From: an uncultured Thermoanaerobaculia bacterium
GTDB lineage: Bacteria; Acidobacteriota; Thermoanaerobaculia; Multivoradales; CAZRFU01
Direction of reading: 5' to 3'
DNA length: 64,000 nt
Assembly (NCBI GenBank): GCA_964599475.1
Contig: CAZRFU010000016.1
Span: 17,619 to 81,618, forward strand
The position numbers and the translations under genes are program-made. Position 1 is the stretch's first letter; each line of letters opens with the position of its first letter. The notes under the pieces are model-generated. The model ran no database searches, had not been told where the DNA came from, and saw only the letters and a list, made by a program, of their open reading frames with translations. Positions 58,785 through 64,000 of this stretch are shown here, one piece after another.

Positions 58785-58832
58785 AGGCCGACCCGGGTCC
58801 ACCGTCCGCGCGCGATCCACCGGCCCCACGGC

Positions 58833-60125
58833 CTACCCCGGATACGCCGTGGCCAACGCCCGCAAACCCAAAAAGCACACGCCGACGCCACCAACCGCCG
58901 CCACGCCGATCGCCGCCCTTGCATGGCGCCGCAACAAGCCCCATCGGCTCGCCCCGCCAACCGCCAAGGCACACGCCGGGCCGATGGCGGGTAAGACCAG
59001 CCGCCCCTGGGGCTGCCAATCCGAGCTGACCATGTACACCGCCAGCAGCACCAGCGCCGCCCCGATCCCGGACACCGCGGCGATCGCGACCACACCACGC
59101 TCCCGCCACGTGGCCCACACCCCGCCGACGATCGCCGCAGTCGGCAGCAGGAACCATGCGTAGGCGGCCACCGGCAAGTGAACGTTGAACCACCCGAGCT
59201 TGGCCCAGGTGCCGAGCCACAGGGTGACCATCCACCCCGGCTCGGTGATCAACGCGACCGCGGGCCCACCGTGCAACTTCCAGCTCGGCGGGACCGCATG
59301 CCCGAATGGGATGCCACGTGTCGCCTGAAACGCCAGAAGCCCCGCCAGCAGCGAGCTCCACAGTCCAACTCCCGCAGCGGCGACGCTGCGGCGCATCCGG
59401 GCGACACCGATCACCACCAGCGGCGCGAACAAGAAGGCCGCGGTCAATTTGGCCCACAGCGCCACTCCCGCGACGACGGCGGCAAGCAAGTACAGGCGAG
59501 TCGACCGGGTTTCCCCCGCACGCAAGAGCAGGGCAAAGCACACGGTCGAGAGGGCGATGGTGGCGGCGTCGTTGCTGAAGGTAGCGAACGAAAACACCAA
59601 CTGGGGCACCAGCAGGAACACCAGGAACACCGGCACCACCTCGACCGGCCTCCGGCCGGCCTGCCTCGACACCACTGCACACCCCCACAGCGCCGGCACG
59701 AACACCACCGCCCAGGCGACGTTCACCAACCGGGGCGCCCACCACCCCCGCCGGGGTTCCCCGTCGACATAGGGTTTGGGTGGCTGACTGAAATCGAAAT
59801 CCGCCGATCGGCGCAATGCCGGCAGCTCCGAATCCCCTCCCGCCACGCGGAGCGCCGCCGCCGCAGCGAGATAGGCAAGCGGCGGTTGGTGCAGCTCGTA
59901 GCTCACCTCGCCGGGTAGGGCAGGGACAACCGGCCCGCTCCCGGCGCGCGCCACCTCGCGCACGTATTCGAGATGCGCCGCCTCGTCCGGAGCTTCGCCG
60001 AGCGGCGTGACCCATGAATACGCCAGCGCCAGCACGACGAACGCAACACCGCCGAACGTTGCGAGCACTCGGAGTGGGCGCTCCGAGCTGGTGGTGGGTC
60101 TGGCGTCCGCTTGGTTCGGGGCCAT
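58833..60125 (-). CDS. Polytopic membrane protein (DUF2142 / GT-C glycosyltransferase-like)
   Basis: 430 aa and at least 10 TM segments. N-terminal loop motif PLGEAPDEAAHLEYV, as in DUF2142/ArnT-like proteins. High GC. Bracketed by REP clusters. Confidence 0.65.
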   Translation of the reverse strand: MAPNQADARPTTSSERPLRVLATFGGVAFVVLALAYSWVTPLGEAPDEAAHLEYVREVARAGSGPVVPALPGEVSYELHQPPLAYLAAAAALRVAGGDSELPALRRSADFDFSQPPKPYVDGEPRRGWWAPRLVNVAWAVVFVPALWGCAVVSRQAGRRPVEVVPVFLVFLLVPQLVFSFATFSNDAATIALSTVCFALLLRAGETRSTRLYLLAAVVAGVALWAKLTAAFLFAPLVVIGVARMRRSVAAAGVGLWSSLLAGLLAFQATRGIPFGHAVPPSWKLHGGPAVALITEPGWMVTLWLGTWAKLGWFNVHLPVAAYAWFLLPTAAIVGGVWATWRERGVVAIAAVSGIGAALVLLAVYMVSSDWQPQGRLVLPAIGPACALAVGGASRWGLLRRHARAAIGVAAVGGVGVCFLGLRALATAYPG

Positions 60126-60273
60126 GGTCGCGGGTTGCCTTTATGCAGCCAAGTGGTTTGTCGCCAGAAACATACATTGGCCTCCGGGTGGCAGGCTGCG
60201 CTACCGCCTAAACAAGCTCACTCAGGCCTTGCGTCGCTCGTGCAGGTCTTTGACGCCTTGTTGGAGGGCAGGC

Positions 60274-60508
60274 TCGGCACCGCACGGATGCTCGGCTCCG
60301 TGGCCCCAACGGGGCCCAATGAGATAGCCCAGGGCAACGCCCTGGGTGTCGGGCAAGCCCACCGACTCCCCGAGCCCTGAAAGGGCGAAACCTCCCGCGA
60401 CGGTTCGCCCCGCCCCCTCGGAATTCCGCCCGTTCAGGGCTCCGGACCTCCAGGGGTGCCGCTGTACCCAGGGTGTCGCTTCGCTCTACCCTGGGCTGTC
60501 TCATCTCG
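60274..60508. repeat. Head-to-head pair of REP-like elements (third locus)
   Basis: Forward unit at 60300-60396 with the 5' extension from 60274. The inverted variant unit at 60420-60508 is truncated where it abuts the hsdR stub. Confidence 0.85.
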
Positions 60509-60515
60509 TGAGCTG

Positions 60516-60903
60516 GGTTCACCACCAACCAGTCGTTGGCGGCGGGATTGGTGAAGTCGACCAGCCGCACGTGGTCGCCGGCGATCGACCCGTCCGGCCG
60601 GCGGTATTCCACCTCCACGCCGTTGCGCAGCAGCTTGTGGAAGGCACGGTTGGTCTGGATCAGCGACGGCGTACCGATCCGCACCACTCGGCGCAGGGCA
60701 TCCTCGCGAGCGTCCGCAGGGATCGTTGGGTTGAGCCGCGCAATAGCGTCCCGCAGCCGGCCGACGAGCAACACCTCGCTGAACGAATCGCGCTCCGCCT
60801 CCGGTTCGCCGGGGGCGAGGTGAGGCCCGTGGGCGACGGCGTAGCCGAGACCGGCAAACCAGTCGAGGGCGGCGGATTCGACGATGGATTCGTTCAAGCT
60901 CAT
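60516..60903 (-). pseudogene. hsdR: 5' stub of an hsdR gene (first ~129 codons)
   Basis: Aligns gap-free with 57376-57763 at a constant offset of 3140 nt, with about 93% identity by manual count. The frame leaves hsdR sequence after DWLVVN and reads into the REP element. Confidence 0.85.
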
Positions 60904-62786
60904 TCGGCGGTTGACGTCTGGATGGGGCCGATCATCGTGGCTACCTGACCAACACCCTCGTCCGCCACGGCAGGAACGGCTGCTGGTGGCTCCGCGGCAA
61001 AGAACTTCTCCACCTCCTTGACTAGAGGTGCAAACCCGACAAAGGCATCATTCAGCGCCTGGCCGGAGAGCCCGCACACGTACCTTGCTAGCTTCCCTTT
61101 CGCGAAGGGCTTGAGTTGTCTAGTCAACAGCAAGAGTTCGTCCTTGCTAGCGTTCTTCGACCGACAGTAGTTCTCGAACGTGTCATCAAGTGCGGTGAAC
61201 TTGTTCAAGGCAACGGCTTCGGATCGCTCGATGAGCCACCCTTTCTGCTCGGCGTACCTCCAGACCTCGATGGGGAAGAGTTCTTCCAACGCTATCGGCA
61301 GCAGGAGGCCTTTTCTTGCTATTGCCACCAGAGCATGGGGCTTGTACGCCCCGAGGAGCAAGGCCTTGATTCTATGCCTTCCATTTTCGCGGAGGAACGC
61401 TTGATTCGAACTCTTGACACGGTCGTTGTTCACCACCGCGCTTTTTGCCTCGCGGCCCGCATCATCGTCGTCGAATAAGCCTAGTGCAAGATGCGAAGTT
61501 CGGCTGTGTGCCCAAGAAATGAGCATGTCCTTAACCCAGGGGGCTCCGGCCTGGTCTTCGCTTCGTACAGTCGCCCGTTCCAGGACAGTGGGGGCCAACA
61601 GCTCCAGGGCCCTCGTGAAGACCCGAGCATCGGATGTACCTTCGACGAAGAGAGCAGGGCTAGCGATGTGGTTGGTCCTTTGAAGGATCGCGAGCGCTCG
61701 CTCCCGACTCTCGACGGCCTCGGCAATCATCGGGGCAACGACCGGCATGAGGCCGACGTGTTCGTCAAGTTCATGCATCTCGTTTGAGGCCAGCGTTTTG
61801 ACCTGAGTGGCACCGTCCTCGCCACTGCCAGAGACGAGGAAGGGAGTCACTGTAGGTGAGGATCTGGCCAGCGAATAGAAAGCTGGCGAGTGCGTGGTAG
61901 CGAAAATCTGGATCTCCTTGCTGTAGGCGACGCACTCGCTCGCAAGTTCGGCCGCCTTGAGCATTTCAAGATTGTTCTCAGGCTCCTCGAAGCCCCAAAT
62001 CGTCTGGACCTGCGGACTACCCTTGACTCGCCGTGTTCGCGACTGCTGGGCTAGGTAGTGCAGGAGGATCGGAATGTGGCGCGCCTTGACTCCGTCGCCC
62101 CGGAGGCCCAGCGGCACTCCGAGCGGGCCGTCCGATTGGAACTCAAGCCGCGAGAACAGCTCGCGAAGGTCGGCGGGTAGCTGGATCGTGCTCTTGATGC
62201 CAAGCTTGGCTTCGATCTCAGCAAGGGCGGCCTGCGTCTTCTCGTTGATGGTGGAGGTGAAGCCGCCAGAAGCCGCGCGAATGTCCGCGGCGACCGTGCC
62301 GACGAGGACATCGTGAAGGCCCCGAAGTAGTGTCTGGAAGTAGTCGCTGCCTTTCACGGCAGGTACGTACTCGAACCGCACGGAGTTGAGGAATGCCGGA
62401 ACCTTTGATCGCGGCTTGAGTTGGCTCCCGTCGAGGTGTCGAAGCTCGTTTCCAGGCTCATGGTGCCCGCCAGAACGCCACACCTTTCGCCAGAGGATCT
62501 CGGACGCGTCGTAGGAGGGGGGGAGCCTCATAGTTAGAGTTACACGAACCTCTTTGGCCTTGTTCGACGGGGTCCTCGCGTGTTTGCTGAAGTCGCGGTC
62601 AAACACGAAGGGGCTCGCGGCGGCAGTGCCGTTGAAGAACAAGTCGAGGGCACGAAGGATGTTCGATTTGCCGACATCGTTCAGGCCTACGAATAGATTG
62701 AGCCGGTTGGTCCGGAAGTCCTCGTTGAGGATGGAGCGGTAGTTCTGAATCCGGACAGACGTGATCTGCATTCCGTCGACCGCCAT
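60900..62786 (-). CDS. OLD-family-like ABC ATPase + Toprim nuclease embedded in the Type I R-M operon
   Basis: ATG 62786 lies 5 nt after the hsdS TAA, with GAGGAG upstream. Walker A GLNDVGKSN, Walker B IWGFEEPENNLE, TTHSP, and a Toprim-like FVEGTSD plus FDDDDAG. Its TGA overlaps the ATG of the hsdR stub. Lower GC than the flanks. Confidence 0.75.
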   Translation of the reverse strand: MAVDGMQITSVRIQNYRSILNEDFRTNRLNLFVGLNDVGKSNILRALDLFFNGTAAASPFVFDRDFSKHARTPSNKAKEVRVTLTMRLPPSYDASEILWRKVWRSGGHHEPGNELRHLDGSQLKPRSKVPAFLNSVRFEYVPAVKGSDYFQTLLRGLHDVLVGTVAADIRAASGGFTSTINEKTQAALAEIEAKLGIKSTIQLPADLRELFSRLEFQSDGPLGVPLGLRGDGVKARHIPILLHYLAQQSRTRRVKGSPQVQTIWGFEEPENNLEMLKAAELASECVAYSKEIQIFATTHSPAFYSLARSSPTVTPFLVSGSGEDGATQVKTLASNEMHELDEHVGLMPVVAPMIAEAVESRERALAILQRTNHIASPALFVEGTSDARVFTRALELLAPTVLERATVRSEDQAGAPWVKDMLISWAHSRTSHLALGLFDDDDAGREAKSAVVNNDRVKSSNQAFLRENGRHRIKALLLGAYKPHALVAIARKGLLLPIALEELFPIEVWRYAEQKGWLIERSEAVALNKFTALDDTFENYCRSKNASKDELLLLTRQLKPFAKGKLARYVCGLSGQALNDAFVGFAPLVKEVEKFFAAEPPAAVPAVADEGVGQVATMIGPIQTSTAE

Positions 62787-62791
62787 TCTGG

Positions 62792-64000
62792 TTACTCCTC
62801 GAAGAAGGCTCTTCCACCAAGTAGTTCTGGCAACAAGGCTTCGCGCTGTCCGGCGAGAAGGTGACCTTCGGCCGCACGGCTCTCTGCCATGGCCAACAGG
62901 GGGCTTACCCTGTCGGTGAATGCGTGGGCCAAAGCGGTCGGTGGAATCAGGCACGGCAGGGCGAAGGCATCTTCGGGCCTAACGCGCTGATGGCTCCCCG
63001 TCGTGCCAGTCACGAGTGAGGCATAGGCGGTTGAGAACGGTTGGCTTGTGAAGAGCGAATAGAGAAACTCACTCGAAGCGCTAGTGGCTGGCTCGACCAC
63101 GATGAATTCGGTCGAGCAGACGGACGGGCGAGAACCGTGGAGCTTGGCAGGGAACCACACGCGAGGGATGTGAGGGTTGAGCTTGGACAACAGCACGGCG
63201 CCTTGGGGAACCGCGAACTTGTTGCTTCGGATGGCTGCCCCAAGCTCTACCTTCGGTTTCCGGCCATCGTCGAAGGCAGGGAGGCTGTAGTGGTCGAACT
63301 GCTCGCCCGGGCACAGGCCTGGGTTCAACGAGGCCTTTCCAACGGTCGCCAACTCGGAAAGGGGGCCGGTTCTCCACCCGCGTGGAATCCGCCCGAGGTC
63401 GGAGTCTTGGAAGGAGTCGGGGAAGAGGGCGGCGGTTTCGGGGTCGAGGCCGGGGGGGTGGCGGCCGTCGAGTTTGGCGCGGACGGGGTCGAAGTCGACG
63501 AACCAGCTCTGGAAGAGCGCCCGCGCCATGGCCTCGAGGGTGGCGTTCATGCGGCGGTTGAGCTCGATCTTGTCGTCGAGGGCGCCGAGGGTCTCCGCGA
63601 TCAGCCTCTGATGACCGATGGGCGGCACAGTGATCTTTAGTCGGCGTTGGTCGGTAAGGCTCAGGTAGGGGGCCATGTCCGTTGAGGCCTTCATCCCGGA
63701 GAGCTGCTCGCTGAACTCGCGCCCGCAGGCCCAGTAGCGCAGGAACCCGCTGTCCAGACGATCAAGGTCGCGACTTCGCCAGTAGCTCAGGTGGGGCGAA
63801 TAGACGAAGGGAGGCATTCGTGGAGTAACGAACGAGGTTCGACCAGTGCTGTTGCCTTTCGTCGTGATGATCGTGTCGCCGACGCGGGACATCTTCGGTC
63901 GCACCTTTTCGAAGAGGTGCTCGTGGAAATGCTCAACCCCAGAGAAGTCGATGTGGCTGTCAGTGACGTGGCCGGCACGAAGGAAGATTGGACCGTTGCC
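62792..64000 (-). CDS. hsdS: Type I restriction enzyme S (specificity) subunit, 5' end off-window
   Basis: The frame is open to base 64000. Central conserved region PPIGHQRLIAETLGALDDKIELNRRMNATLEAMARALFQSWFVDFDPV and a matching C-terminal conserved helix, separating two target-recognition domains. Confidence 0.9.
   Translation of the reverse strand, partial: GNGPIFLRAGHVTDSHIDFSGVEHFHEHLFEKVRPKMSRVGDTIITTKGNSTGRTSFVTPRMPPFVYSPHLSYWRSRDLDRLDSGFLRYWACGREFSEQLSGMKASTDMAPYLSLTDQRRLKITVPPIGHQRLIAETLGALDDKIELNRRMNATLEAMARALFQSWFVDFDPVRAKLDGRHPPGLDPETAALFPDSFQDSDLGRIPRGWRTGPLSELATVGKASLNPGLCPGEQFDHYSLPAFDDGRKPKVELGAAIRSNKFAVPQGAVLLSKLNPHIPRVWFPAKLHGSRPSVCSTEFIVVEPATSASSEFLYSLFTSQPFSTAYASLVTGTTGSHQRVRPEDAFALPCLIPPTALAHAFTDRVSPLLAMAESRAAEGHLLAGQREALLPELLGGRAFFEE

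Noticed and set aside
58301-60508. Repeated ~95-nt units considered as a CRISPR array
   Set aside because: The units are too long. They occur in both orientations as head-to-head pairs, are irregularly spaced and enclose a 1.3-kb gene. They fit REP/BIME-type elements next to a RAYT-like transposase, and no cas genes are present.

Overview
High-GC bacterial chromosome segment, about 68% G+C in a housekeeping spot count, and densely coded. Many genes are joined by 1-nt or 4-nt start/stop overlaps (ATGA, GTGA, TGATG), which I used to choose between competing frames. The gene content fits an Acidobacteriota- or Myxococcota-like organism, but I cannot assign the taxon.

Gene order:
- A regulatory and secreted-protein cluster (1-13.1 kb). 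It holds a truncated TPR protein, a secreted seven-repeat protein, two beta-helix proteins and two ECF sigma / Ser-Thr kinase-TPR pairs.
- Small membrane and metabolic genes, including crcB.
- An F1Fo ATP synthase operon ordered b'-b-delta-alpha-gamma-beta-epsilon, without the a and c subunits.
- TPR, RDD and c-di-GMP-related genes.
- A translationally coupled chain: ATP-grasp, NUDIX, ParA-like ATPase, a small protein and haloalkane dehalogenase.
- fhs, an ABC transporter, an active GGDEF cyclase and a DmpA peptidase.
- mglB-mglA, a yvcK-like gene, glmU, glmS, uvrD, a MarR-GNAT fusion and sbcDC.
- A C25-type peptidase.
- A lower-GC Type I restriction-modification island at the right end (54.6-64.0 kb).

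No rRNA, tRNA or CRISPR array was found.

The most interesting points:
1. An OLD-like ABC-ATPase/Toprim nuclease is translationally wired between hsdS and hsdR.
2. hsdR exists as a 5' stub plus a complete copy. The two are separated by a 2.75-kb insert carrying REP-like elements and a RAYT-like Y1 transposase.
3. A dispersed intergenic repeat family is built from tandem heptads (GGTACCN / GGGWCCC) and conserved cores.
4. A C-terminal DGFExGxTxxWS tail is shared by three secreted proteins, with an orphan copy after a kinase gene.

All functional calls rest on motif recognition by eye. No database search was run.
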